From the human T2T-CHM13v2.0 reference genome, Homo sapiens: a stretch of DNA of 64,000 nucleotides. Positions 46,365-61,799 of the stretch are shown piece by piece. The notes under the pieces are model-generated. The model was not told the DNA's origin. It saw only the letters and a program-made list of their open reading frames with translations, and ran no database searches. Numbering within the stretch: the stretch's first letter is position 1; each line of letters opens with the position of its first letter. The stretch lies in NCBI RefSeq assembly GCF_009914755.1, contig NC_060946.1; one strand, written 5' to 3'. A program made the position numbers and the translations under genes.

Positions 46365-48189
46365 CCGGGCAGGATGGCACTGTGGTTAGTGCACAGCGGG
46401 TGCCAACCCTCACGCCCCAGGCCAAGCCCTTTCCTGCCCAGGTGCCTGCCCAACCAGGGTCATGGTCAGGCCAGCCCTGCTGAAGAGGGGCGAGGAAGGC
46501 CTCAGGATTCCTTCTTGGAAGGGCCTTGGGGGGCATTTGTTGGACAGTTCTGAGAGATGCACCTTGAAATAGTTGGCGTGGAAGTGTCGGCATTTTCGCC
46601 TGAAGCATGTGTTTACTCTCGGCTTGGGGAGAGCAGAAGGAAAGCTACTGGGCTGTCAGCCCCCACCAGGCCACACCTTGGACTTCAGGGCTGTCTGTTT
46701 TAGGCACCCACAAGGGGCTCCCACTTCATCCTGAGGGAGAAAGGCCTGACAGCCCCCATGGGGAAGGAAGAGAGGGAAGGAGGGAGAGAAATGGGGAGAT
46801 GAAATGAGGGGGGCCAGTTTCCCCAGGGCTGCTCCCTTCCTGGAAGAGGTGGGGCTGGGTGGGTGGGAGAACATCTGGCCAGAGCATCTGGCGAGCGCTG
46901 GATTTGGGAACAGGAAAGAGCAGCCTGGACCCTGCAGGGAGAAGTGCTTGGGGGTGGGGCAGGGCAAAGGCAGTGCCTCCCTCTCCCCCTCCCTCAGGTC
47001 GAGTTCTGCATTCTGTTCTACAAATCCGGAGGGAGGGAGTGTCCTGGACAGGCCACCAGATCAAAGGACTGGGCCACTGTGTGGATTAACTGACTCATGG
47101 ATCGATTCCATCATTCATCCAAAGTAAAATCCACCGGGGGTTCTCTGGGCGAGACCCTGGCCAGATGTGGGGCCAAGATCAGGCACAGCCCCTTCCCCAA
47201 AGGCTGACAGCTGCAGGCCAGTGGGACGCCTGATCTGATCGGGGCAGGGGCTGATGGGAAAGGGTGCCTACCTGGTCTAGGAGGAGGCTTCCCAGAGGAG
47301 GGGGTGGTAGGACACTTGAAGGATGCCTAGGAGTGGTTTGGGGCACAGCAGGTGGGGGGACCTTCAGTGAGACAGCCGGGCCAGCCCCCGAGGGTGTGAG
47401 CGCAGCCAGCTCTGGGAGGGACCTGAGGCCTCTCCTGGGATGGGGGAAGTGAGCTGCTGGCTGGCTGAGGTTGGCTTCCTTTCTCAGCAGTGGGCACCAA
47501 GGCCCTCCACCAGCCCACAGGCCCCTCCCTGGCTGGGCCTTGGGCCGGCAGCTGTGACCCCGGCAAGCTGGCTGTCTGCTGCCTGGCCAGGCCTCTTGGT
47601 GCCCACTGTGCTCCTGATTAGTTGGCGCCGGCAATGGCAGGAGCAGCAGACGGCCTCTCCCAGCCGCCCAGCCCCTTTACTGACCTGGCCAGTCCAGGGA
47701 GAGTGGCCCCCAGTGGCCAGGCCACAGCCTCGGCTCCCCTCGCCCCGACTCCACTCTTCTGGGCCACGGGCTGTGCCCTGGCAGAGGCTGGCACGCGTCT
47801 GGCAATTTCTACTTGAGCTGGCCTGGCTGGACTGATCTGGGCTGACAGCTCCCCTCTGCCAAGAACACCCCAAACCTCCAGGGGTGATGCCTGTCAGGAA
47901 GTGCTTCCTGTTCTTCCTGCCACCTCCTCTCAGGTGTCCCCACTGCCACTGAGGGGCTGCCTCTGCCTGGCTGCTGCCCAGGTTCTCTCAAGCAGAGGCT
48001 GTAGCCTAGGGGTCCCCAAAAAGGGTGAGCAGCTCCATCCACTTGCCCGCTGCCATCTGCCACCACCAAGCCCCTAGCTTTCAGTGCTGTCTAGAGACCG
48101 TCCTCACCCTGGTGCTCCACATGACGCTCCCGGGCCAGACTGTTCTCCCCTGAACTCCAGACCCCAAGATCTGGCAAAGCGACTCCATG

Positions 48190-49395
48190 GGGATGTACCC
48201 CGGCCATCCCAAGCTCCACATCTCCAGATGGAGCCCCACCCCCGCTGAAGGCCGCTCTGTGGCTCCAGGCCCCAAACCTTGGAGTCGTCCCCAACTGCCC
48301 TCTTCCTCCTACATCCATATCCCATCCCTCTGCTTGGCCTCCAAAATACCTCCAGAATCCACCATGTTCCCCACTCCACTGCCATCATTATCTGGGCCCA
48401 GCCCCACCATCTTCCGGTTTATCACAATGATGAATGTATGACGGCCAGGCAGGGCCAGGCAGGACGGAGAGGAGCAGGGGGACGGAAGGCCCAATCATCA
48501 GGCCGTGAGGGTGGTGGAGAGGGCCCAGTGTCTGGCCTGGGCCATCTCAACAGTGAGGGCACAGAGCAGGGAACCACAGCTCTCCTGGGCCCCACACTCA
48601 GCGCTCCGGTTTCTGTCCCACGTGAGACCCCCGGGAGGCAGCGACCACACAGCTGTGGAGCCCACAGGCCTGACCCCCTTTCAGAGATGTGTATGCCGTT
48701 CGGGGCGCTGTCCACAGGGGCGTCTGCACAGGATCCTGCAGACTGTGCGGCTGATGCTCTCTCTCCTCTGCCCTGGCCCCCCGCGATCCATTCTCCACCC
48801 AGCAGCCCAGCAATCCTCTCACCCCTTCCCCAGATCACGTCTCCCTTCTGCTCCATGACCCTTTGGAGAAGCTCAAGTCTTCCAGCCCCCTGGCCCTGTC
48901 TCCTCCCCAGCCTCATCCCTGCTCAGCTTCCCCCCAGCCGCATGGTCTCCTTGCTGTGGCTGTGGCTGTGCTTGACTCCCTCCCGCCTCTAGGCCTTTGT
49001 CCAGGCTGCCTCCGACTTGAGGGCTGTCCCCCAGACAGCGACAGCCCCTCAGCTGACTCTGCCACCCCTTCCCTGTCTCTGCTCAGCATCATCCTGCCTT
49101 TCCTGGCCCCCTATTTAATGTTCACCCGACCCCAGGCCAAACCCCCAACCCTTTCTCCCTTCTCTGTTTTGTTTTCATAGCACTTTTCACCCAACGAACG
49201 AGGACGTGACCTTGTGTATCACCCATGTGGTTTATTTATTATTTATTTATTGCCTGCTTTTCCCTACCGTACCTGGGATGTGAGCCTCACGAGGACAGGG
49301 AACTCTGTTTTGGTTTTTCACAACTCATGTATCCCTAGAGCCTAGCACAGTGCCCGGCACGGAGCCAGCCCTCATTCAGTACTTGCTGAGTGGCT
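48190..49395 (+). mobile_element. L2 LINE 3' fragment, interrupted at about 48426-48750
   Basis: L2-like CCTCCAAAATA...ACTCCACTGCCA, then CCATTCTCCACCCAGCAGCC and 3' end CCTAGAGCCTAGCACAGTGCCCGGCAC. Confidence 0.65.
48674..48784 (-). repeat. Right arm of 111-bp inverted repeat
   Basis: Reverse complement of 46254-46364 at 109/111 positions. Confidence 0.97.
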
Positions 49396-52094
49396 CCATT
49401 CACTCGCCCACCGCTCCTTTACTCATTCAAGCTGTCGGCCTTCAAGGGACTGCTTTGTGCCCGGTCCTGGTCTGGATGGGAGAACACAGAGCAGCCGCCT
49501 TGGCCTTGGGCGCAGAGCATGCCTGGTTTCCAGCGGGGAGGAGGAGGCAGAGCCGGGAACTGGCACAGGCTATGATGGAGGGCGGGTGGGCAGCAGTAAC
49601 TCATGGCAGAGACACCAGACAAGGCGACCGCTCAGCTGAGATCCCCAAAAAGGAGGTGAGGGATGGCCCTCCAAGCATGTGCAAGGGCACGGAGGCAGCC
49701 CCGAAAGTGGGCTTTCCAGCACTGGAAGTGGATCTTTCTGGCTGGGTGCAGCACAGCAGTTCCGGGATCCTATGGCAGGGTGGAGGAGGTGTCGTGGGTG
49801 GGGGCAGAGTGTGTGCAGGGCTGGGGAGTGGGGATGCTGGGAGCTGCCAGTCAGGCTGGTGCCGCAGGTTCAGGTGTGGCAGGGAGGATGGAGGGAGGTG
49901 GGGCCAGACTCGGGAGGAGTCTGTGAGCAGGGGCCAGGAAGGTGGGGGATAAGGATTTGCACTTTCCCATGGGGCGTATGGGCTGTTGGAGGCTTCTGAC
50001 TTCAGGGAATCTTCCGTCAGAGGTGTCCTGGCCCCGTGGTATTCCTGAAGGGCTGGCTGGACAGGAGCCACTGTCCCCTCTGTAGATGAGGCCACTGGGG
50101 CCCAGAGAAGGCAAGCTTTGCCTCAAGGCCACCCTACTGGGACTGGGACCAGATCTCATGTCCTGGGTCTGTGCTCTGGGCGCTCACCGGGCTGGGGGCT
50201 GCATCAGGTGTCCTGAGGACTCCAGGGTCCTCTTCCCCTTTTTAGCTGGGGAGCCAGGGCCCTCAATCACACTCATGGGGCTGCCTGTAGCCTGTCCCCA
50301 TCATGGCCCATCTGGCTCTTGCTCCAGGCAGAAGGCCTGAAAAGGTGCACTAAGAACACAGAACCAGGTAAGCCCATCCTGACAGTGACTGAGCGCCTTG
50401 GGGCAATGAGAGGCAGGAGGGCTTCGTGACTAACTGGGGGTGAGAATCAGGGAGGACTGCCTGGAGGAGGAGGGTTTGGCCGGGGGAAGGTGTGGTGGGA
50501 GATGAAGTAGAAAGGATGGTTTGAGGCAGATGGTGACTTGCAGGCAGCCTCTCCGCTCTTTCTCTCTGTCTTCTGTCTCTCTTTCTGTCACTCCTGGTTT
50601 CACTTTCTCCTCTGTCTGCTTTTCTCTCTTCTCTCCTTGCCTCCACCTCCTGTGCCAGTCTCCAGAGGCACTGAGGGCAGAGTGTAACTGGCCAACCTGT
50701 CTTGGCTAATTACTTGACTGTGGGCATGAAAGGAAGATTAGCCATAGTCTCTTGGGGTCCTCCCTGAATCCCTAATCCTGTGGCCCCTCTTCCCTGGCAA
50801 GGAAGGGATAAAGTAGTTCTAAGTCCTTAATTAGCTAATTATGCCAGGGCTCTGTGGCCCTGGGACTCCCTGGGCCCCAGGGAGGGCTGTGAAGTGCGCT
50901 GGGGCCCAGCTGGGCAGAGTGAGGCGGGTCGGGGAGGAGGGACGGGGCTGCCATTCAGGGAAGCCAGCCGGATAGGTTTGCAGGAGCCTTTTGGAATTTC
51001 AATATCCCAGAGAACAAGGGAGATGTAATTAATTGAGCGACAAAGGCCGGCCCGAGGGAGAAGCAGGAGCGGGAATGAAGCAGCCAGGCTGGGACCGTGT
51101 GGAGCTGCCTTCTCCAGGCCCTTCTCATCCAGCCTCTTCTCCAGCTGCTACCGGCCCTCTGTGCTTGCCTCCTGCCCCTGTCCTGGCCTCGGGGCTCGCC
51201 CATTCTTTTTTGAAGCTCAGAGCTGATCGAGGGTTCTGCTTGCTTAGAAATATGCCAGCAGACCTCCTTGCCCAGCCACCCAGCACAGAGCCCCACACTC
51301 CTCAGAGCCCCCTGCAACCGCCTTCAGGAATAGTGCCTTTGCCCATGCCAGTCCCTCTGCTGGCCAAGGCTTCGCATCCTGGAGTCCAGCTCAGCAAATG
51401 TGCCCGGAGCGGCCCCACTCCCCAGACACAGTCCTTTGGCTCAACACTTGGTCCCCTGTCCCCTTGCTGCCAGGCTGTGAGCTCTGTGTGTGTGTGGGGG
51501 GAGGGTTGGGGGGGTAAAAAATGGGTCTTGTTTGTCTTTGGATTCCCCATGTGCCCAACGCCATGCCTGGCATGCAGCTGGCATTTACTATGTGTTTCAT
51601 GAATGAATGAGTGAGTGAATGAATGAATGAATGAATGAACGATGGGGCACCAGAAAGGCCTGCAGTTGGCCTACTTGAGTCAGGGAATCCATTTGGATGG
51701 ATTATGAGGGCACCCATTCTATTTCTCCCTTCCCTCTGCTGTACACGCCTCGCTTCCCTGCTTGGGGGTGTAGGGTGGTGGGGAGCTGAGCCTCACCCTG
51801 GCCTGCTCTCGGTGGGGTGAAGCAGCCTGCAGGCAAGCTCCACTGTCTTTCCTGAGAGGAGGCTGACCTAGTTTTGTGGAGAGGGAAGATGGGGTGGGCC
51901 TTAATTATTGATTGGAAATCACTGCACACAGAGTTTGTGACGCAAATTCCAAATAATTATCCTCATTAATAAGCACCTCAGGCTCACCCCTAGCATACAC
52001 AACCATCTGGACAGGGCCACTGTTCTACTTGTCACCATCCTTCCATCTTCCTCTCTCCAATCTTCCACTCCCTCCCCATGACTTATCACATCAT

Positions 52095-52660
52095 TCATTC
52101 ATGAGTAGTCATTGAACAAATGTTAGGTGAGCCTGTCTTCTGGGCCAGGACCTGCTGGGTTCTGGGAATACTGAGGTGACTTAGACAAGGGCCCTGCCCC
52201 CAGAACCTTATAGCCTAGTGGAAGAGATAGGAAAGTAAACAGACAACTATACATTAGGGCTAGAATAAGACGAGATATTGATATGGATGGAACCTCCTAG
52301 GTTGTGCAGTATACAACCTGCACAACTGTACGTGGCAGCCTAGGCTAGGTCAGAGGTGCTGAGATTGCCCAGAGCAGAAGAGAGAAGGATGAACTCTACC
52401 TGGGATGATGTAAGAGTCTGGAAGCCTTCACAGAAAGAGCTTTCACAGGGCTGCGGTGGCTGAATAGGGATTTGCCAGGCAGAAGAGAGGAGCAAGGGTG
52501 TTCTAGGAAGAGGGAACAGCAGGGATAAAAGCATGGAGGTGTGAAATCTCACAGTATGTTTAGGGAACTTCAAATAATTTGGCACTGCAAGGCAGTAGAC
52601 TGCAAATTGAGAGAGGTATGAAACTAGAGAGGTGGGCAGTATGGACTCTACAGGATCTTA
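52095..52660 (-). mobile_element. L2 LINE fragment
   Basis: TCATTCATTC...AACAAATG start; GGAAGAGGGAACAGC...GGAGGTGTGAAA motif. Confidence 0.55.
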
Positions 52661-53474
52661 GGGGGAGGGTGTGTACTCAAAGGTGCCCCACCAGCTCTTC
52701 ACCTTCTTTGGGGCCATGGACTCCTGTGTGGGCCTTCTCTGTAGAGCCCGTTAGCAGGCGCTTGGCTCTTCTGAAGTTGGCTCTGGGGGCTCTGCCTGGT
52801 TCCATCATGCAGTGGGAGTGGTAGTTCTGGCTGGTACTGCTGTGTCCTGACATGGTCAAGGGGAACAGTGACTGTCTCAGAGACAAAGGGTATTCAGGAC
52901 ACATTCATTGGGCACGTACTACAACCACTCTGCAGGTGCTGGGCATACTAAGGTGAACCAGCCTCAGTCCCAAGGCCTCTGGGACAAGGGGGTTGTGAAA
53001 AGACAGCTAGACTTTGTGTCAAGACACCTGGTTTAAATCTAGACCCTGCTGCTTCTGAGCTGTGTGACCTACGGCAAGCAGTTTCAGTTCTTTGAGTCTC
53101 CAGTTGCCTTCTCTATAAAATAGAAATAAGAGTACCAACCTCACAGAGTTGTTGTGAAGACTGAAGATCACATTTGTGCAAGTACGCAGAAGAACACTTG
53201 GTACATAAAAGGTGCTGCATAAATGCTTGCTTGTTCATTCACAATCTAGTGTAAGTGGAGCAGGGCCCAGAGCCATTTCCATGGCTTTTTCGGTGGAGGG
53301 GCAGATAAAAAGGAGAGGGTGTATCTGGCAGCCACTGAACAGGATGGGAACAGCAAGGAGCCCCTGATAATGCATCCCCCTCCCCCTCCCTGTTTCTCTA
53401 ACCTTGCTCTCACTCTTTCGTCTCTGGGACCTCTGCTCCCTGTCTGACCATCCCTCCACCTTTTCCCCTCCCAG

Positions 53475-53634
53475 GTATGCGGATCCTGGTGAACCTGCTC
53501 CTGGACACACTGCCCATGCTGGGGAATGTCCTGCTGCTCTGCTTCTTTGTCTTCTTCATCTTTGGCATCATAGGTGTGCAGCTCTGGGCGGGCCTGCTGC
53601 GTAACCGCTGCTTCCTGGAGGAGAACTTCACCAT
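53475..53634 (+). CDS. CACNA1I: CACNA1I coding exon 5 (S4-S5 linker, S5)
   Basis: GT+[52 protein letters not shown]+AT. Acceptor CCCTCCCAG|, donor CAT|GTGAGT. 160 nt. Confidence 0.97.
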
Positions 53635-56419
53635 GTGAGTTCATCCCCTGCCACCCATGCAGCTCCGGGGACTCTTACTAAGACACAGTTTTAACCTTCT
53701 GGGTCATTGGGAATCAGGACCAATGGGGTAGAAGCAGCAAAAAAAGAGAGGTCAGGTAGGAGGGGAAAGGGAAGTTAAGACACAAGCAGAAGTGATGCCC
53801 AGGAGGAAAAAGAAGACAGAAAACCTGAAGAGCAGGCACAGAACTTGGCTCTCCGCCCACAGCACATTCATTCCCCTTGGTGGCTGAGTCATCCAGGAAG
53901 GGTGAGCTCCCATTTGGCCGCTTGTGTATGAAAGCAGGGGGCGAGACATTCCTCCGAGAGAGGATTATTGACACACAAATCAAGCTCTGGATCTTGGAGG
54001 AGCTGGGCTTAGTTGTCTGAAAAATTGGACACCTATAGAACCCGTGCTTCCGTAGTGGTGGGGGATAAGTGTGCACACACATGTACCTGCGTGTATGTGT
54101 TTGGATGTGAATATGCATTCATTTCAGATATGCATGGCGTGCACCGACTAAGTGCCAGGCCCCAGGGAGTCAGAAATAGGAGAGCATCTTCATCCATGTT
54201 CTCACTTCCCTTTGTTGAGCCTGTGCTCGGGGCTCAGGATGCGGCAGAAGGGGGGGGGTCCCTGCCCCCTGCCCTTGAGAAGCGCAGGGCTGGGAGCCGA
54301 TCCCAAACACCTCTAGTGAGTGCCTCTCAGTCTGTTAATCATGGACCGAGGTGACTGTAGGAAGCGTGGGGACGTGGGGACACTGTACAGGTGAGGGCTA
54401 GTTTCTCCCTCCCGGCCTGGTTGGGGAGAGGGTAGCAGAGCTGGAGGGTGAAAGTTGGGTAGGAACTGGCCCATCCACCCATCGCTGTGGGGGAACAGTA
54501 GGGTACCTGGGTAGACCACAGCAGGGGCACCTTGGTGGGTAAAGGCCCCAAGTGGGGATTCAGGAAGGGGGTCTACACTTGTGCCCATCCCCAGAAGAGG
54601 CAGGTCCTGAGGCAGGGCCTGGGGCAGTGGGGCTGGGGAGAGGCAGCTGCTTCGAAGTCAGGGTAGTGTGAGCTCCGCCCCTCTGTCCCACAGGGCTCTT
54701 TCCCTGGATCCTTCTGTGGCCAGCCCCTTCTTATTATGTGGGCTCAGCCCACCCGACACCTCCTCCTAGAGGCCTTCCCTCGCCCTCCCTCACCACCCCA
54801 GCCCCAAGCTCGCCATCACACAGCCCTGCTGGGTTTTCTTCTTGACTCATCTCTCTGAAATCATCTCCTGTCGGTTCATCCGAGGTCTCTGGAGGCCCCT
54901 GAAATGTGAGTTCTCTACCACAGCAGGGGCACCTGGGGCTTAACTCCTCCCAGGCCTAGAGCAGGGCTTGGCACAGGTGCTCCCAACTAATTGTTGAAGG
55001 AATAAGTGAGTAAGTGGATGTGTGAGTGCATTTACCACCCAGAGGCAGGCTGGGAGCGAGAACCAGTTCTTCCTAGGCCTGGCGTGTTGGAGACTCTGCG
55101 TCCCGTTCCCTGATGTCTCCTCCTCTGTGGTCTTCCCCAGGCCCCATGAGATGGCCCCAGCCCTGTCTCGGCTGCAAAAGGAGAGTTGGAGGGAGGATGC
55201 TGAGGATGTGCTTGGGCTGTGTTAAAGAGGAACCTTATCTGGTCCACCCCCATCCCCGCCCCAGGAAGGGAATAATAAATACAAGGAAATGTCCCTGGAG
55301 AAAGAACGCCCTAAGGGAAGATGCTGGGTGATTGCCACGCCTCCCTCTGAGCTCCTGGCTTCATTCTCTTAGGGTGGGTGTTATTAACTCACATGCCCTA
55401 TTGGGCTGGGGGATGGTCGGTGTTGCGTGAAAAAGGAGATGAGTAAAGTTCACGCACGTCTGGTGGAGAGCAAGGCCAGGGTCATCCCAGGCCTGTGACT
55501 CCTGTAGAAATAAGGGAGGCTTAGACCTTAACTCACAAGGCTTGTTTAGGGCAGGGAGCAGAGAAGTTGGTAACCAGGGTTCACAAAGAGGCAGCAAGAT
55601 CTCTTCTGGGTGATCAGAAAGCTGGAATTTGAGAAGATCCTAGCTAGGATCTTGGGGAACCAGGCAGTTGGGCAGGGGAATTCCTCAAAGTCCTCTTTTC
55701 GGGCTCTCCCCAGCCGGGCTGTTGCCTGGAAGCCTCTAGCTCCTGGCACAGTGGGCCCTGTGAGATGGACAGAGCTCCGTCGTCAGGGCGGAGAAGGGCC
55801 CTTCCTGGGGCGTAACACGCACAGGTGGGAGATGGGGCCACTGAAAGCCTCAGCCCAACCTGTCACTATGCAGATGGGGACTGAGGCCTAGATGGGAAGG
55901 GACTCACCCAGGGCCAACAGCAAGGCTTCCAGCAAGCATCCAGCCTCTCCCTGGCTGTGTGGGTGTCAGGACACTGTCATTCCACAAACACTCACCGACC
56001 CCTTCCAGGGGCCAGGGCCTATGCTGGGCCCTGGGGATGCAGAGACCCTTTATCTTGGCCACTGCCCTCTGTACTGTCTCACTGGGGAACTGCATGTGTT
56101 GAAAATTAGGCCTCAGGATGCTCTGGGCTTGGCAGAGTGGGGCCTGGAAGCCCAGAGCGGGTACAAGACCAGCCAGGGTGGGGACCAATGGGGCTTCTCG
56201 CTTCACAGAGGACCAGTGGGACTTCTTGCTTCTCAGAGGATGTGAACTTGAGCTGAACCTAAAAGATTCAAGAAAAATGTCTCCAGGCAGATGGGGGGAC
56301 AGGGAGTAGGTGGGGAGGGTACTCTTGATCGAGGCAACCCCACTGCTGCGGTGTGGCGTGTGGGTTAGAAATCGGAGCCCCAGCCTGGCGTTCAGGGTCA
56401 AATCCTGCCTCTGTCACTT

Positions 56420-58950
<2,531 letters not shown>

Positions 58951-59015
58951 CTGGATGGTCATAGTAGGGATTGTTGTCTGTTTTATAGATGAGGAAATCA
59001 AAGTCCAGAGAAGGG

Positions 59016-59339
<324 letters not shown>

Positions 59340-59776
59340 TCAGCCCAGGATCACTTACATGGAAGTGGGTGGAGCAGATGGAGGATCTACCTGTCATCTG
59401 CTAGATCGGTAAAAGCCAGTGCTTGTTTACTGACCACCTGCTCTGTCTGTGCGAACCCAACAGTGTGTGTGGCCTGGGGATGCTGAGATGTCCAGACTCC
59501 CGAGGGAGTTGAGGGCATCTCCCCCAGGAGCCATAATGAAGGTGTGTGCAAGGCACAGTGAGGCTCCCCAGAGAAGGGGACCACAGTGGGCCAGTGGGGG
59601 TTTTCATGGCCATAACAGAGGTGGGGAAGGGTGACCAAGGCAGGGGAACAGCATGTGCCAAGGCCTGGAGGCAGTGACAAGGCCATCCTGCTATGCTGCA
59701 TGGCCTCTCCCTTCCTGATCCTCCTGACAGTGACCCCTCCCCTTTCCCTCTTTTACCCACCCTCGCCTGTGGACAG

Positions 59777-60092
59777 ACAAGGGGATGTGGCCTTGCCCCC
59801 ATACTACCAGCCGGAGGAGGATGATGAGATGCCCTTCATCTGCTCCCTGTCGGGCGACAATGGGATAATGGGCTGCCATGAGATCCCCCCGCTCAAGGAG
59901 CAGGGCCGTGAGTGCTGCCTGTCCAAGGACGACGTCTACGACTTTGGGGCGGGGCGCCAGGACCTCAATGCCAGCGGCCTCTGTGTCAACTGGAACCGTT
60001 ACTACAATGTGTGCCGCACGGGCAGCGCCAACCCCCACAAGGGTGCCATCAACTTTGACAACATCGGTTATGCTTGGATTGTCATCTTCCAG
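59777..60092 (+). CDS. CACNA1I: CACNA1I coding exon 6 (extracellular S5-P loop)
   Basis: A+QGDVALPPYYQPEEDDEMPFICS...CVNWNRYYNVCRTGSANPHKGAINFDNIGYAWIVIFQ. Acceptor GGACAG|, donor CAG|GTGAGG. 316 nt. Confidence 0.97.
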
Positions 60093-61706
60093 GTGAGGCC
60101 ATTCAGGCCTGGGGCCAGCCTGGTCCTAGAGTGGGCAGCTCTGCCTGGTGGGCAGGGCTCTGTGCTAGGCATTTGCCAGCCCTCATCTCACTGAAACCTG
60201 CCCAGCTTGCTGGCAGAATAGGCATTATCATGCCCATTTTATAGACAGAGAACCCAAGGTTCAAAGAAAGGAAGCAAGCTAATTGACCACAGATGATGTG
60301 ACTATTAAATGGCAAAAATAGGCTCTTAACCCAGCTCTGGGTGTCCCCAAAGCCTGAGCTCTTTGCAGAGCCTCAGGCTGCCTTGGGCCCTATGGATCCC
60401 AGCAGGGAGGGCTGTTCAGAGAGGAGAGGCAGGATTCAAGCTCTGTTGGAGGGATTGGCTGACCAAGGCCAGGATCATGGGGTAGGAGGACATTCCTGGT
60501 GGGGACAGCCTGAGCAAAATTCTGGTACAGGGAGTGCCAAGTAGCTCATCTGGAGTCAGAAAGAAATGTGTCTCGCCTTGTCACCCAGTGCACATAATGC
60601 ACACAGGTTCACAAAGCAGCACTAGCCTCATGGCGTGCAAAGGGCTTGTTGCGTGGCCCCACTGCACTGACTGTCAGCCTATACTCTGCAGAGGATGGGC
60701 TGGGATATGTGTAGGGAAAGAACTAGGGCAGTGGACCTTGGCCAGTATTGCTTGGCCTCTCTGTGCCTCAGTTTTCCCATCTTTAAAATGGGGTAATAAC
60801 AGCCCCCCTCACCTTGGGTCATTGTTAAGAATAAAGCAGATGGCACGCTCAGGGCAGCCAGCCCTGTGTACAGAGTGCTGGGTAGAGGTTACCTTTCTGC
60901 TGTCCTCAGAAAGAAGGGGCAGGAGCAGACAGAGGGGGAGCTGAGAAGTCCCTGAGGGGGCAGCGGGAGGGCTGAACTCTGCTGCCTCCGCTGCCCTGCG
61001 CTGCCTCTGCTGCCCTGTGCTGCCCTCTGCTGCCCTGGGCACTTTGCCCTGGGGAGCATCAGGGTCATTTGTTCAGAGATGCAGGGTGTGAGGTGACGGC
61101 AACAGCTGTGTTTTGGAACCCTCTGCCCAGGAGGGTGGGTGGCCGCTCAGGGGGTCCCACTCTGTGCATTTGCCAGAAGCCAACAAGGACCCAGGGTTTG
61201 TCTTTCTCAAGGCTGCTCCATCCCCCAGTCTGGGAAGGAGTTGGGGTGGGGTGGGGGGTGACAAAGTCACACCAGCCTCATTGCGGTGTGCACTCCCAGG
61301 CTCCACCGAGCTGCACCCCAGCTCTGCCAGGTGGGCTCCCCACATACAGAAGAAGCGGCTGAGACTCAAAGAGGGTGGGTGGCCCAGCTGATAAGCTGGA
61401 GCAGGGGCAGGCTCCCTGCTTTTCCAGCCCTCCCGCTGGTGTGGTAGACTGGAGGGACCAAGGTTCAAGTCCTGGCACGTCCCCTTCCTGGCTGTGTGAC
61501 AGTGGGCAAGTGCTTTCCCCTCACTGAGCCTCAGTTTCCTCACCTGTATAATGTGATGTGCCTTGTCCAGCCCCTGTGAGACAGACTCGAGGCAGCATGT
61601 GTGATGCGTTCTGGCACACAGTGGGGCCTCTGTCTGGGGCACTGCCTGGGCTACGGGCTTTCTGATGGGCCAGTCCTCTCGGCTCTCTCTCCTCTGCGCG
61701 CTGCAG

Positions 61707-61799
61707 GTGATCACTCTGGAAGGCTGGGTGGAGATCATGTACTACGTGATGGATGCTCACTCCTTCTACAACTTCATCTACTTCATCCTGCTTATCATA
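61707..61799 (+). CDS. CACNA1I: CACNA1I coding exon 7 (repeat I selectivity filter TLEGW, start of S6)
   Basis: [31 protein letters not shown]. Acceptor CTGCAG|, donor ATA|GTAAGT. 93 nt. Confidence 0.97.

Noticed and set aside
46365-48673. Spacer between the inverted arms as an already inverted segment
   Set aside because: L2-like pieces inside and outside the right arm appear collinear on the same strand, which argues for ancestral orientation in this haplotype.
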